This document shows, in pieces, positions 9,910 through 20,955 of a stretch of DNA of 64,000 nt. Source of the stretch: a virus. The notes under the pieces were generated by a model. It had not been told where the DNA came from. It saw only the letters and a program-made list of their open reading frames with translations, and made no database searches. The DNA lies in the IMG/VR virus record IMGVR_UViG_3300008261_003175; one strand, 5' to 3'. Positions within the stretch are counted from its first letter, which is position 1. Each line of letters starts with the position of its first letter. Both the position numbers and the translations under genes were made by a program.

Positions 9910-10778
9910 TGAGCATACAAACTACTAGACCGCAAAACAAACGAGAATTCATGGATAAACTAGTAATTCCGTATGATTCTAGGTATCCAAATACAAATAA
10001 TATTTTTTCTGAGCCTTACAAAGCAGGTCAACCTGAGCAAAATAGAGCGCTAGAAGTTTCTCTAAGAAACGATTCTGACAAAGATTTTTCTATAGGAATA
10101 AAAGACATCAATGAAGCTGTGCACTACTATTTTACGCAAATTTTAAAGCTATCAGTGGTGCAAAACAACACAAAAGTCGAGGTTCCAATACTGTATGGAA
10201 ACGAAGAGAGTTGGAAATCAGTGCAAACAGACGGGTATTATAGAGATTCAAATTCAAAATTAATGGCGCCTTTATTGATGTTTAAGAGAACTAATCTAAC
10301 TCAAAATAGAGGTTTAGCAAATAAATTAGACGGCAATTACGCTAGAAACGTGCAAGTATTCGAGAGAACATTTAATCGTAGAAATATATATAGTAATTTT
10401 AATGCGATAAACAATCGAGTACCTGAAAAAGAATATGTTGTTGCTGTGTCTCCCGATTATGTTACTGTGGAGTACACCTGTATTATCTGGACTCATTTTG
10501 TAGAACAGATGGATAAACTTATTGAATCATTAAATTATGCGTCCAGAGCTTATTGGGGCGATCCCAATAGATTCCAATTCTATAGTTCTATAGAATCTTT
10601 TCAAGACGCAACAACATATAACACAGGAGACGATAGATTAATTAGAAGCAATTTTACTTTGACCTTAAACGGTTACCTAATTCCAGAAACAATCAATAAA
10701 AGTCTGTCTACTGTAAATCGAGTATATGGAGGGTCTAATATCATTTTTGGTTTAGAAACTTCTACAAATATACAATAA
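9909..10778 (+). CDS. tail completion / sheath stabiliser (gp15-like)
   Basis: VPILYG..E.W, PDYVTVEY, QMDKLIE, FTLTLNGYL pattern; synteny. Confidence 0.65.
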   Translation: MSIQTTRPQNKREFMDKLVIPYDSRYPNTNNIFSEPYKAGQPEQNRALEVSLRNDSDKDFSIGIKDINEAVHYYFTQILKLSVVQNNTKVEVPILYGNEESWKSVQTDGYYRDSNSKLMAPLLMFKRTNLTQNRGLANKLDGNYARNVQVFERTFNRRNIYSNFNAINNRVPEKEYVVAVSPDYVTVEYTCIIWTHFVEQMDKLIESLNYASRAYWGDPNRFQFYSSIESFQDATTYNTGDDRLIRSNFTLTLNGYLIPETINKSLSTVNRVYGGSNIIFGLETSTNIQ

Positions 10779-10834
10779 TTTGCTAAGAGTATAATCATCT
10801 AGCAAAGTAAGTTTTTTAATATTTATATTAGACA

Positions 10835-13800
10835 ATGAGTTTATTACCAATAAAATATAGCGATATACCGGGCAGGTCTCCATCGCTTTTGTTGATAGGA
10901 GAATTAGCGGTAAATATCGCAGATGGCAATCTCTATTACGGATCGAAAAACGGAGTGAGACTATTCTCTTTTAGTGGAAGTTCGTCTACCAATACAGGCA
11001 GTCTGTTGCTAACAGCGTCCGTTAATTTAAATACAATAACTTTTACAAAAGGCAACGGATCTACGTTTGCCATTACTGTAGACACCGGATCTGGATCTCC
11101 AGGAAGCGGAACAGTTACTTCTATAGCTACAGCAGGACTTATATCGGGAGGGACTATTACCACTACTGGTACGATCAGCACTTCTATGAATACAAATAGA
11201 CTTGTAGGTAGAAGCACAGCTGGTGTAGGTATTATGGAAGAGATTACGATCGGATCCGGACTTTCTCTTTCAGGAGGAACTCTTAGTGCTACTGGAGGTG
11301 GAGGAACATTTCCTTTTGATGGTTCTGCTGTAATTACAGGTTCCTTACTTGTATCCGGTAGTGGAATAACTATTACCGGATCACTTAATATATCAGGTTC
11401 ATTAAATGCAACATCAAGTTGGGCTATTAATGCTTTAACTTCATCAAATATACAAGGTGGAGCTGCAAATTATATACCATTATGGAAAACTGATACTAGT
11501 TTAACTAGTAGTTTTTTATATCAAAATAATAATGTATTAACAGCTCGATCTAATAGTATAGATAATGGATTAATGATTGATTTTGGAAGTAATCAATATA
11601 GAATAGGAGGTTTTGGTGCTTCTCCCTTTAATTACATAGGTATTGATCCTAATTTTACACAATTATTTGGCAGTAATGTAATCCTAGATGCATCTTCAGC
11701 TACTTTAGAAATATCCTCAGGGTTAATAAAAACAACATCTGGAGCATCAAATATTAAAGGATTAAAACTTGATTTTAATAATAACGTATATAGTTTAGGA
11801 GATACTGATGATTTAAATACTCTTACAAAAATAAAAGTAGACGAAAGTAGTCAATCTGTTATTATAACTGGCTCACTTACTACAACAGGATCAGTATTTT
11901 TTCCGTTTTTAATAGAACAATCTCAAAATAATGTTGTATTAATAGATACATCAACTGGCCAGCTTTATTACACAGCATCATCAGCAATTGGAGGAGGTGG
12001 AAGTGGAACTCCAGGTGGAACAGATCAAACAATTCAATTTAATTCAGCATCTGTATTTAGCGGCTCTGCTAAATTAAAATACGACTATACTAACAGCAAT
12101 ATAATATTAACAGGTTCATTATTAGTAACTCAATCATATATCTCTAAAGTAGATTATGTTGAGTTTACATCAGCATCAGATCAACTCACAGCAGTAGGTA
12201 GATTAGGATGGAATAATAGTGATGGTACATTAAGTTTAGGATTAAAAGGTGGTAATGTTGATCTTTTAGTTGGTGAAACTGAAGTAGCATATGTTTATAA
12301 TGCTGAGGCAACAACATTAACAAAAGGTGAAGTTGTTTTTATAACAGGATCACAAGGTAATAGAGTATCCGTTAAAAGAGCAGCAGCCTCCTCTGATCCA
12401 GTCTCTGCAGGTACATTAGGATTTGTAGCGGAACCTATAATTTCAGGTCAAACTGGATTTGTAATAACAAGCGGAGTAATAAATAAACTAGATACTTCTG
12501 CTTATACAGAAGGAGCACTAGTATATTTAAGTAGCTCAGCAGGTCAGTATACAACAGTTAAACCAGTATCCCCAATCCACGAAGTACGTCTTGGATATAT
12601 ACAAAGATCACATCCCACAGTAGGTTCAATCTACGTTAAAGTAGATAATGGATATGAAATAGGAGAACTACATGATGTATTAGATAATACAACATCTTCA
12701 TCCTATGGAGATTTACTTGTTAAAAGTGGTAGTTTATGGATTAATTCAAAACAACTAACTGGATCATACGGATTAACAGGTAGTTTAACTGTAACTCAAA
12801 ACATATCAGCAAGCTCATTTACAGGATCATTGTTTGGTACAGCAAGTTGGGCACACAGCGCTTCTAATGCTATAAATGCACAAACAGCATCCTATGTTAC
12901 TTCATCAAATGTATTTGGTCCTTATGGTTCAAATTCAATATTAAGTGCATCATTTGCTTTAACAGCATCAATAGCAACAACAGCTATAACATCATCATAC
13001 CCAATATCAGTAACAGGTAGTGGTACTACTTTATATTCTGTAAGTCCTCTTGCTAATCCTAATTTTGGTGAGGGTGCTACACATTCTATATTTTTTGGAC
13101 AAGAAGCAGGATATTTAGTATCAGACGCATATTATGCAAACTTTATAGGCAGACAAGCAGGATATACAGCATCATATGCTGAAGATTCAAATTTCTTAGG
13201 ATATAGAGCAGGATTTAATGCTACTTATGCTAATCGCTCAAATTTCTTAGGATCATCAGTTGGAAGTAATGCTACCTATGCATCTCAATCTAATTTCTTT
13301 GGTCATCAAGCCGGATTTGAAGCATATACTGCATCTAACTCAAATTTCTTAGGTTACCAAGCAGGATTTCAAGCCTATTTATCAAATGACTCAACATTTA
13401 TGGGTTATCGGGCAGGTTATTTAGCTACCACTGCAAGCGATTCAGTTTTTATAGGATACGAAACAGGCAGACAAGCCTCAAGAGCTAATAATTCTATTTT
13501 TATAGGCAGCGGATCAGGAAATGGGGCTACTAATTCTAATAATTCTGTTTTTTTAGGTTCAACAGCAGGAAAAAATGCTAGTAGCGCTCATTCTATTTTT
13601 ATAGGAACTAATGCAGGTAGTAGCACTAGTGGAGGTAATTCTATTATTATAGGTCGAGATGCAGGAAGTACTATAAGTAGTACATCAAATTCTATTTTAA
13701 TAGGTTATCAAGCTGGTAAAAGAATAACAGGCACCGGCATTGGTAATAATAACATTATTATTGGTACAAACATCACTTTACCAAACGGAACTAGTAATGC

Positions 13801-16800
13801 TGTTAATATAGGAGGCGCATTATATATAACAGGAATTTATGGAAATACAACAGGAGACCCACTAACTGGCTCATACATCGATGTACTAACACAACCTAAA
13901 GTAGGTATAGGCACATTTTCTCCATCCGCGTTATTACATATTAATCAAATAGAGAGAGGTAATCCTCAATTTATCGTCTCTAATAGGGAAAGCGGAAGCG
14001 TATTTAGAGTAGATGAAAATTCAATATTTGCACCTCAATTAAGATCTTTACCTGTAGGATCGTACGAGATAGTAGTAAGAGATACAGCCACAGGTCAATT
14101 ATACGTAGTTTCGTCTAGCAATTTTATAACCGGAAGCGGAAGCGGAACTACTCCTCCAGGCGGTGCAGATACTCAAATACAATATAATAACGGTGGAGCT
14201 TTCGGCGGAAGTAGTTATTTTATATATAATTACGTAAATAATAGTTTAAAACAAGGAAATACAATAACAGCACGAGGAGCGTATTCTCACGGAGAAGGAT
14301 GCAATACTTTTGTAGGACAATTTGGATACCATGCCTCTGATGTAACATCAGGAGTAATAACGCTTGATGTTGCGTATGGAGATGTTAAAAATACAGGGGT
14401 CGCCGAAGCTGATGGATTCATAATATTAGACGACACAGCGTATTCTAATACTTACGGTGTTAGAGCATTTACTATAGCAAGTGTTGCAGGTGGACCGCCT
14501 ACTACAATAACATTAAATAATGCGGGAATAACCACATCAGAGGCGATAATATATATACCTGGAAGAGCTGAACCTCTAAGAGCAGATATACTTTTACCTG
14601 GTGATTGCGCTCACTCTGAAGGATCGAGCTCTATAGCGTCTGGAAATGCTTCTCATGCCGCTGGTATAGAAACAAATGCATTCGGCAATTATTCATACGC
14701 AGGCGGCCAAGGAACAGTGGCAACATCTGTGGGTCAAACCGTAGTAGGTAAATACAATTTACCAAATTCTGATATCGTCAGTTACGGTAACTCTTTTATA
14801 ATTGGTAAAGGAACAAGTACAAGTGCGAGAACTAATATGTTTGAAGCTGTTCCTTCAGCAGATACTCTTACAATATCTGCATCTTATGTTGCAATTAAAG
14901 GCATACCTAGATTTGATGCACAACCTTTTCTATTGGCTTATGAAACTTCATCTGGTCAGATATACTTCTCAACAGCATCTCTTGTTGGTGGTGGTAGTAC
15001 TACAACAACATTATCACGAATAACAACAGGTTCAGTTACGGCTAGTACAAATGTAGGTACAGGAAATGTATTTACTGTTACAAGTGCTAGTATAGCAGAA
15101 TTTGCTGTAGCAGGAACTGGCGTTACAATAGGTAACGTTATAACAGATCAACATACCGTAACAGGATCTCTATCAATATCAGGCTCCACTACAATAACAG
15201 GTTCATTAAGAGTAAGAGACGGCATAACAGGATCATTGTTTGGTACTGCTAGTTGGGCTACTAATGCTTTAACTGCATCTTATGTCTTAGCAAGTAATAT
15301 TGCAGGAGACATATCAAGAATAGCAATAGGATCGGTAACTGCAAGCGTAGGAAATAGCTCAGGAAATATATTTAATATTATTAGTGGTAGTAGTACGTTT
15401 GTGAATATTACTAATAATGGCGATGTTGGCATAGGAGCCCCAGCAACTTCTACCACTAAATTACAAATATCATCTAGTACTAATCTTTCATTGGGTATAG
15501 TAAGATCTACGACAAATGCAGGTTATTTATCTTTAGATAATGCTACGTTTGCTATAGCTGTTAATCGTAATCCTGTAGGTTCTTTTATAGATACGTCAAA
15601 AGCATCATCTCAAATTAATTTATTTACAGGAGTATCTGATTCGAATATCAAATTTTATACGACTACTGCAAATAATACATTACCTAGTGAAAGAATGATT
15701 ATTACTAAAGACGGTAATGTCGGTATTAATAGAACGGCTCCGATATATACACTAGATGTAAGTGGTAGTATTAATTTTATTGGAGATACTATCGTAACAG
15801 GATCGTTTACGGTAATAACAGGTAGCTCCGTAGAATTTCAAGTTATAAATACTGGAGTTAGGATAGGTAATATAATTACCGATACTCATACTGTAACAGG
15901 TAGCTTCAATATATCAGGCTCAACAACTATAAGAGGAAATACAAGAATAAGCGGCAGTGTATTCATCAGCGGTTCATTAATACCAAACGTTAATGGAACT
16001 CAAACTTCAAGCTTTAATCTAGGATCTCCAACAGCAGCATGGAAAGCGCTTTATGTAGCAACAAGAAGTATTCACTTTGTTGATGTTGATGGAATTGAAG
16101 TAGCAAATATATCTGTAGAACCAAATGGTGGTGGTGGGAGTTTTATTAATATAGGCGATATTAGAACCTATGACGAAAATGAGTTAGCTTTTAGAGGTAT
16201 TGAAGTTGATAGACAACAAGGATTTGTTTTTTTAGGAGATTATAATAAAACTTTACCATTTCCAATATCACTTAATTTAATACCGGATGCTAATCAAAAA
16301 ATTTATACTGAAGGTTCTTCATCAGGTGAAAGTGGATTTAAAGTAGATTTTGTAAATGATCCATTCCCTAGAGTATGGTTAGGAGATTTTAATGGAACTG
16401 GAAAAAGTACATCTTTAATAATAAATGACTTTTTCCAAACAATAACTACTAGCGGTAGTTTTATAATGTCTGGTTCGTTAAATGTAACTCAAGGTATAAC
16501 AGGATCATTACAAGGAACATCATCCTTTGCTTTAACAGCATCTCATGTTTTAAATGGTGGAACATCAACAATTCCAACACAAATAGTAACTGGTTCAGTT
16601 ACAGCTAGTGTAACACTAACACAATTTAGCGTTACAAGTGGTAGTATTACTGAATTTAGTGTAGCAGGAACAGGAGTTACAATAGGTAATACGGCATCAG
16701 ATATACATAAAGTAACTGGTTCATTTAATATAAGTGGTTCAACAACAGTAAATGGTCAATTATTTCTTTCTAGATATACTAGTGCAACCGCTTTTACAAG

Positions 16801-17272
16801 CTCAACAACAACAGCTAGTTTAGCCGTTGATACAGATGGTAATGTAGTAACCTCTCCATTTTATGATAGTGGAGAAAAAACATATACTGGAACAGTAACA
16901 TGGACAGGAACGACTGCCCCATCAGGAGCAACTACTCACTCCTATCATTGGAGTCGAGTTGGAAATCTAGTAACAGTAAGGTTAAATTTAGCATACGCAG
17001 TAGCAGGAAACTCTTTAACATTAGCGTCTGCTACATTACCTACGGATTGTCCAATTCCTATTTCTCCTAGTGGCGTAACAGCGGCTAGTGAAGCAATATC
17101 TTATGGAACAGGTATTTTAGTAACTGTAAAAACAGTTCCAGCTTTTACTACTGTAGGCGCTGGTATGTCTGCATTAAGAAGAAATTCTGGAAATAATGGA
17201 TACGATATAGCTATTATAAGAGCGTCAGCAAATTACCAATATGGTTACGCAACAATACAATATTATGCATAA
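10835..17272 (+). CDS. long tail fibre / receptor-binding protein (2145 aa)
   Basis: N-terminal GELAVNIADGNLYYG fibre motif; Gly/Ser/Thr-rich ITGSL repeats; beta-helix repeats; mosaic modules. Confidence 0.85.
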   Translation: MSLLPIKYSDIPGRSPSLLLIGELAVNIADGNLYYGSKNGVRLFSFSGSSSTNTGSLLLTASVNLNTITFTKGNGSTFAITVDTGSGSPGSGTVTSIATAGLISGGTITTTGTISTSMNTNRLVGRSTAGVGIMEEITIGSGLSLSGGTLSATGGGGTFPFDGSAVITGSLLVSGSGITITGSLNISGSLNATSSWAINALTSSNIQGGAANYIPLWKTDTSLTSSFLYQNNNVLTARSNSIDNGLMIDFGSNQYRIGGFGASPFNYIGIDPNFTQLFGSNVILDASSATLEISSGLIKTTSGASNIKGLKLDFNNNVYSLGDTDDLNTLTKIKVDESSQSVIITGSLTTTGSVFFPFLIEQSQNNVVLIDTSTGQLYYTASSAIGGGGSGTPGGTDQTIQFNSASVFSGSAKLKYDYTNSNIILTGSLLVTQSYISKVDYVEFTSASDQLTAVGRLGWNNSDGTLSLGLKGGNVDLLVGETEVAYVYNAEATTLTKGEVVFITGSQGNRVSVKRAAASSDPVSAGTLGFVAEPIISGQTGFVITSGVINKLDTSAYTEGALVYLSSSAGQYTTVKPVSPIHEVRLGYIQRSHPTVGSIYVKVDNGYEIGELHDVLDNTTSSSYGDLLVKSGSLWINSKQLTGSYGLTGSLTVTQNISASSFTGSLFGTASWAHSASNAINAQTASYVTSSNVFGPYGSNSILSASFALTASIATTAITSSYPISVTGSGTTLYSVSPLANPNFGEGATHSIFFGQEAGYLVSDAYYANFIGRQAGYTASYAEDSNFLGYRAGFNATYANRSNFLGSSVGSNATYASQSNFFGHQAGFEAYTASNSNFLGYQAGFQAYLSNDSTFMGYRAGYLATTASDSVFIGYETGRQASRANNSIFIGSGSGNGATNSNNSVFLGSTAGKNASSAHSIFIGTNAGSSTSGGNSIIIGRDAGSTISSTSNSILIGYQAGKRITGTGIGNNNIIIGTNITLPNGTSNAVNIGGALYITGIYGNTTGDPLTGSYIDVLTQPKVGIGTFSPSALLHINQIERGNPQFIVSNRESGSVFRVDENSIFAPQLRSLPVGSYEIVVRDTATGQLYVVSSSNFITGSGSGTTPPGGADTQIQYNNGGAFGGSSYFIYNYVNNSLKQGNTITARGAYSHGEGCNTFVGQFGYHASDVTSGVITLDVAYGDVKNTGVAEADGFIILDDTAYSNTYGVRAFTIASVAGGPPTTITLNNAGITTSEAIIYIPGRAEPLRADILLPGDCAHSEGSSSIASGNASHAAGIETNAFGNYSYAGGQGTVATSVGQTVVGKYNLPNSDIVSYGNSFIIGKGTSTSARTNMFEAVPSADTLTISASYVAIKGIPRFDAQPFLLAYETSSGQIYFSTASLVGGGSTTTTLSRITTGSVTASTNVGTGNVFTVTSASIAEFAVAGTGVTIGNVITDQHTVTGSLSISGSTTITGSLRVRDGITGSLFGTASWATNALTASYVLASNIAGDISRIAIGSVTASVGNSSGNIFNIISGSSTFVNITNNGDVGIGAPATSTTKLQISSSTNLSLGIVRSTTNAGYLSLDNATFAIAVNRNPVGSFIDTSKASSQINLFTGVSDSNIKFYTTTANNTLPSERMIITKDGNVGINRTAPIYTLDVSGSINFIGDTIVTGSFTVITGSSVEFQVINTGVRIGNIITDTHTVTGSFNISGSTTIRGNTRISGSVFISGSLIPNVNGTQTSSFNLGSPTAAWKALYVATRSIHFVDVDGIEVANISVEPNGGGGSFINIGDIRTYDENELAFRGIEVDRQQGFVFLGDYNKTLPFPISLNLIPDANQKIYTEGSSSGESGFKVDFVNDPFPRVWLGDFNGTGKSTSLIINDFFQTITTSGSFIMSGSLNVTQGITGSLQGTSSFALTASHVLNGGTSTIPTQIVTGSVTASVTLTQFSVTSGSITEFSVAGTGVTIGNTASDIHKVTGSFNISGSTTVNGQLFLSRYTSATAFTSSTTTASLAVDTDGNVVTSPFYDSGEKTYTGTVTWTGTTAPSGATTHSYHWSRVGNLVTVRLNLAYAVAGNSLTLASATLPTDCPIPISPSGVTAASEAISYGTGILVTVKTVPAFTTVGAGMSALRRNSGNNGYDIAIIRASANYQYGYATIQYYA
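13082..13772 (+). repeat. about 17-aa (51-bp) beta-helix tandem repeats within the fibre
   Basis: Units such as SNFLGYRAG, SNFFGHQAG, SNFLGYQAG, SVFIGYETG, SIFIGSGSG. Confidence 0.8.
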
Positions 17273-17451
17273 TGAGACACATAGTACAATCTAATACAAT
17301 AGGAACAGATTTATACACGATAGTTGTAACAGATGATTGGAACGATACATTAGAAAATCATCCATCTATAGTAGAACATCCTGAATGGTTTGAAATAGTA
17401 GATACACCAATCCCAGAACAACACCAATTTTTAATTTATCAATCGTCTTAA
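17272..17451 (+). CDS. small protein after the fibre, possible fibre assembly chaperone (59 aa)
   Basis: Not in the ORF track: MRHIVQSNTIGTDLYTIVVTDDWNDTLENHPSIVEHPEWFEIVDTPIPEQHQFLIYQSS; TAATG coupling. Confidence 0.65.
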   Translation: MRHIVQSNTIGTDLYTIVVTDDWNDTLENHPSIVEHPEWFEIVDTPIPEQHQFLIYQSS

Positions 17452-17516
17452 GATAAGAATGCTTCTTACTTAAAACTATAATTTTATAAATTGCGAAATA
17501 ATTCATATATTTCAAT

Positions 17517-17915
17517 ATGTTAGTAGCAACGCAAATATCTTGGGACAAAGCCAATTACTTGTGGAGCGATTTTCAATTCGGAAGTCTCTATGCTCAATAC
17601 CTCTTAGAAACATATGGTATAACTGTAGAAGCTTCAGGCAGAGAAATCTGGAATCACGTGCTTTCTATAGAAGTAATAGTTTCCCCAGTAATTTTTGGAG
17701 GAGCAGGAGATAGCACATTGGGAATTGGCGGCAGAAAGAAAAAAGTAAAAAACAAGATAAAGCTGATATTTATAATGGGTGAAGTTCGCAAAGACGAAAT
17801 TAAAGAAGTCAACGATACTGTCTCCGCAAAATTGGTTTCCGATATACAAAACAAAATAGAGGAACAATTGCAAACTAAAATATCACTTAGCGATGTACAA
17901 ATTATTAAAGGATAA
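17517..17915 (+). CDS. hypothetical protein
   Basis: 132-aa ORF fitting the operon. Confidence 0.65.
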   Translation: MLVATQISWDKANYLWSDFQFGSLYAQYLLETYGITVEASGREIWNHVLSIEVIVSPVIFGGAGDSTLGIGGRKKKVKNKIKLIFIMGEVRKDEIKEVNDTVSAKLVSDIQNKIEEQLQTKISLSDVQIIKG

Positions 17916-18447
17916 AAACAACGAGTTTCAGTGCGAAATAAGATTAGAAGGCACAACATCGAAAAACGCAAAAGCTAGATTGTTTTTGGAAGCAGACGGT
18001 TGCGAATATGTATTCTCAGGACGCATCCAGAACGAAAGGTGCGTCATTCCAATGGGCAGATTAAAGAAATACGCAAACCTATTAGAAAGCGGAAATATCA
18101 GACTGGAGATCATCGCAGAAGACACGGTATTCACCCCATACGAGAATACTTACGAATTGGACGAAGAAAGAAAAGTGACTGTAGAAGTAATTCAGCCTGA
18201 TTATTCTATAAAGAAGCCAATAGTCGAGGTAAAAGTCGAACAACCAAAAGTTGCTAAAAAACAAAAATCCAAATTGGATCCAGTAAAAGAAATAAAATCT
18301 TATTTGCAAGAAATATCTGGATTCGATGGAACTATTAAAAGTTTTAAATCCGCTATAAAAAACGAATCGAATAAAAAATTTATAAACGTAGTTTGCGAAA
18401 CTTTTAAATTAGACAAATCAGAGGTTATCAAGCAGCTCATAAAATAA
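17893..18447 (+). CDS. hypothetical protein
   Basis: 184-aa ORF overlapping the upstream stop region. Confidence 0.7.
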   Translation: MYKLLKDKNNEFQCEIRLEGTTSKNAKARLFLEADGCEYVFSGRIQNERCVIPMGRLKKYANLLESGNIRLEIIAEDTVFTPYENTYELDEERKVTVEVIQPDYSIKKPIVEVKVEQPKVAKKQKSKLDPVKEIKSYLQEISGFDGTIKSFKSAIKNESNKKFINVVCETFKLDKSEVIKQLIK

Positions 18448-18460
18448 GTTATGAATAATT

Positions 18461-20509
18461 ATGTCAATACCTTCATTATCAGGATCTTATATTGATCAAA
18501 CGTACCAAAGGCTTGTACAAACTAACGATACAGGTACAGAGTTTGCAGACGGTTTAGGTCGAGTTATTGCTTTCGGAGGAGCCACCATCCCAGGAGGTCC
18601 AATAAATTCTTTACAATTCAACAAAGACAACACGAACTTTAGTGGTTCTGCTAATTTGACTTTTAGCGGATCAAATACCCTAACGTTAACTGGTTCACTT
18701 AATATAAGCGGATCAACTCTACAAATAGGTAATAATACACTAATTGGAAATACAACTCTATCAGGCAGTATCATAATGTCTGGATCAACTACAACTCCTA
18801 CAACACCAACAATTAAGATATATGGTGATATGGAAACGGATGGTGTGATTAAATTCATGCCAGTATCTAAAAACATAGATACATCAATATCTGCATCGTA
18901 TATATTTGTATCTGGTTCAACAAACGATTTATACTTCAGCCAAAACGGTAACGGATATAATAATGTAACTCGTCTACGTTGGTTAGAAAGTAATTTATAT
19001 ACGGGTTTATTGCATGGCGGTATCATATCGCAAGTAAATTCAAACACATATAGAATAGGAAGCGGTAGTGGTATTATTGTTGATTTGAATGTAACAGTAC
19101 CAGATGATCCGTATCCTACAGTACAATTTTTAGAATGGGGAAATTTAACTAATACTATTGATGCTTTAAGTGGATCATTTGACCAACAATTTGTTGCTAT
19201 AAATTCATCAAATCAAATATACGCTCAAGGAATACCATATAATAATGGCGATTATAATACATTAATACCAATCGGTATTGTACTCCATCAGAATAGATCC
19301 ACAATAAATGGTGTTCAGACTTTTCCAGGCGTAGCATATGGATGGAAACAAAGATCTTTTGATTTCATTAAAGCATTTGGAGCATTAAAAATATCAGGAT
19401 ATACATTATCTCAAAGCGGATCTTCTGCTAGAGGCTTATTATTAAGTGGTGGTACATCTTGGGTAGACGGCAGAAATTATACAATAAACCCAACCCAACC
19501 CAGCTATATTGAAGAAGCAGTAGGTACACCAACCTCTAAAATATTTAGATACTATCAATCAGGATCTGATTTCGTTTACAATACAAACGGTGGAGCTGGA
19601 TTCACAGACATAGACCCAACACAGTATTCAAATGCAGGTACATTAGCAACAGTAGATGCAAATAAATGGACAATACAGAGAGTATTCTATTTTCCAAATA
19701 GTGCTACAAAAGCATTATTTGTTTATTATGGAAATGCTCAATATGCAAATGAAGCTGATGCTCTTGCAGCTGTGACTACTGAAACATTTACTGAAGCACC
19801 TAACACAGCAGCTAGTGCTATTTATATCGGTTTTATGTTATTAAGACATAATGCTGATTTTAATACAGCGGCCTCCTATGAATTTTATGCTGCAGGATTG
19901 TTTAGAGGTTCTGGTGCTGGTGGCGGAGGCGGTGTAGGTGGAGGTGCAACATCATTAGCAGGATTAACTGACGTACAATTAACATCACCTACTAATGGAC
20001 AACCATTAGTATATGATACATTATCTACTAAATGGATTAATAGTAGTGCACTAACAGCATCACTATTTGGTACTGCTAGTTGGGCTACTAATTTTGTATC
20101 TGCTTCCAATTATGTTTTAAATATCGCTACTAGTTCATTTGCAACTACAGGCACAAATACGTTTATAGGAAGTCAAACAATAACAGGTAGTATAATATTA
20201 CCTACATTAGTAGAAGTAACTGATGTTAATGTAAGCTTTGCTATGCCATCTAATCCTAGTGGAATATATAAAGTTACTGCTCAAGAAGATCCCGGAACTA
20301 TAGATATGGGATCAATCATTTTCCCACCAGTAGTAGAAGGCACAAGTTTTACTATAATAGTTACTGGTAATACTAATGATGTTATTGTTTCTTCTCCATA
20401 TCCTATTAATGCAAGAAGTCAAGATGTTACCCTTCTTGGTAATCAAAAAATATATAATTTTTATGGTATAAGCGGATATTGGTACGCAGGAAGTTTAAGT
20501 TTACCATAA
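18461..20509 (+). CDS. second fibre / spike-like structural protein
   Basis: 682 aa; shares PGG..QFN..FSGS, LTGSLNISGS and SLFGTASWA modules with the long fibre; LAGLTDVQLTSPTNGQPLVYD...KWIN fibre motif. Confidence 0.75.
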   Translation: MSIPSLSGSYIDQTYQRLVQTNDTGTEFADGLGRVIAFGGATIPGGPINSLQFNKDNTNFSGSANLTFSGSNTLTLTGSLNISGSTLQIGNNTLIGNTTLSGSIIMSGSTTTPTTPTIKIYGDMETDGVIKFMPVSKNIDTSISASYIFVSGSTNDLYFSQNGNGYNNVTRLRWLESNLYTGLLHGGIISQVNSNTYRIGSGSGIIVDLNVTVPDDPYPTVQFLEWGNLTNTIDALSGSFDQQFVAINSSNQIYAQGIPYNNGDYNTLIPIGIVLHQNRSTINGVQTFPGVAYGWKQRSFDFIKAFGALKISGYTLSQSGSSARGLLLSGGTSWVDGRNYTINPTQPSYIEEAVGTPTSKIFRYYQSGSDFVYNTNGGAGFTDIDPTQYSNAGTLATVDANKWTIQRVFYFPNSATKALFVYYGNAQYANEADALAAVTTETFTEAPNTAASAIYIGFMLLRHNADFNTAASYEFYAAGLFRGSGAGGGGGVGGGATSLAGLTDVQLTSPTNGQPLVYDTLSTKWINSSALTASLFGTASWATNFVSASNYVLNIATSSFATTGTNTFIGSQTITGSIILPTLVEVTDVNVSFAMPSNPSGIYKVTAQEDPGTIDMGSIIFPPVVEGTSFTIIVTGNTNDVIVSSPYPINARSQDVTLLGNQKIYNFYGISGYWYAGSLSLP

Positions 20510-20525
20510 ATTATATTAAAATTCT

Positions 20526-20595
20526 ATATTTATATTAGACAATGAGTAGTTTAATAAGATTAAAATATTCCAAATTTCTATATATTTATAAATAA
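20526..20595 (+). pseudogene. relic promoter and 5' end of a lost fibre-like gene
   Basis: 20526..20547 is identical (22 bp) to 10819..10840; encodes MSSLIRLKYS.. versus MSLLPIKYS of the fibre, then stops after 17 codons. Confidence 0.55.
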
Positions 20596-20602
20596 ACAAA
20601 AT

Positions 20603-20869
20603 ATGACACTAACACTAATTCTATTGCTAGCTATAATTGCAACAACAATTCTAGTAGTAAACAAAAAATCAAAATCTCAAAAAGAACAAGTTTTAAAAAT
20701 CGAAGACGTAGTTCTACCTGAAGTAGATTTGTCTTCTATTCAAGAGGAAAAACCTGTAGTTGTAATAGAACAACCACAAGAGGTAACTCAACTAGCAGAG
20801 CAACAAAAAAAGAAAAGAAAGTATTACAAGAAAAAGCACCCTAAAAAAATGGACGCTAATAAAAAATAA
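20603..20869 (+). CDS. small membrane-anchored protein
   Basis: N-terminal hydrophobic helix and basic C-terminal tail; own promoter motif and terminator. Confidence 0.7.
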   Translation: MTLTLILLLAIIATTILVVNKKSKSQKEQVLKIEDVVLPEVDLSSIQEEKPVVVIEQPQEVTQLAEQQKKKRKYYKKKHPKKMDANKK

Positions 20870-20876
20870 AAAAATC

Positions 20877-20900
20877 ACTCCTCAAAACAGAGGAGTTTTT
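20877..20900 (+). terminator. probable intrinsic terminator
   Basis: ACTCCTC-AAAACA-GAGGAGT followed by a T-run. Confidence 0.6.
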
Positions 20901-20955
20901 AATTACGCAAAATACAATATATTTATTTAAAAAACCAAGTTTTAAAATCAACGTT

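Noticed and set aside
10835-20509. Diversity-generating retroelement or invertible shufflon acting on the fibres
   Set aside because: No reverse transcriptase or invertase in the window, no repeat pair differing only at adenines was seen, and the repeats are short and direct.
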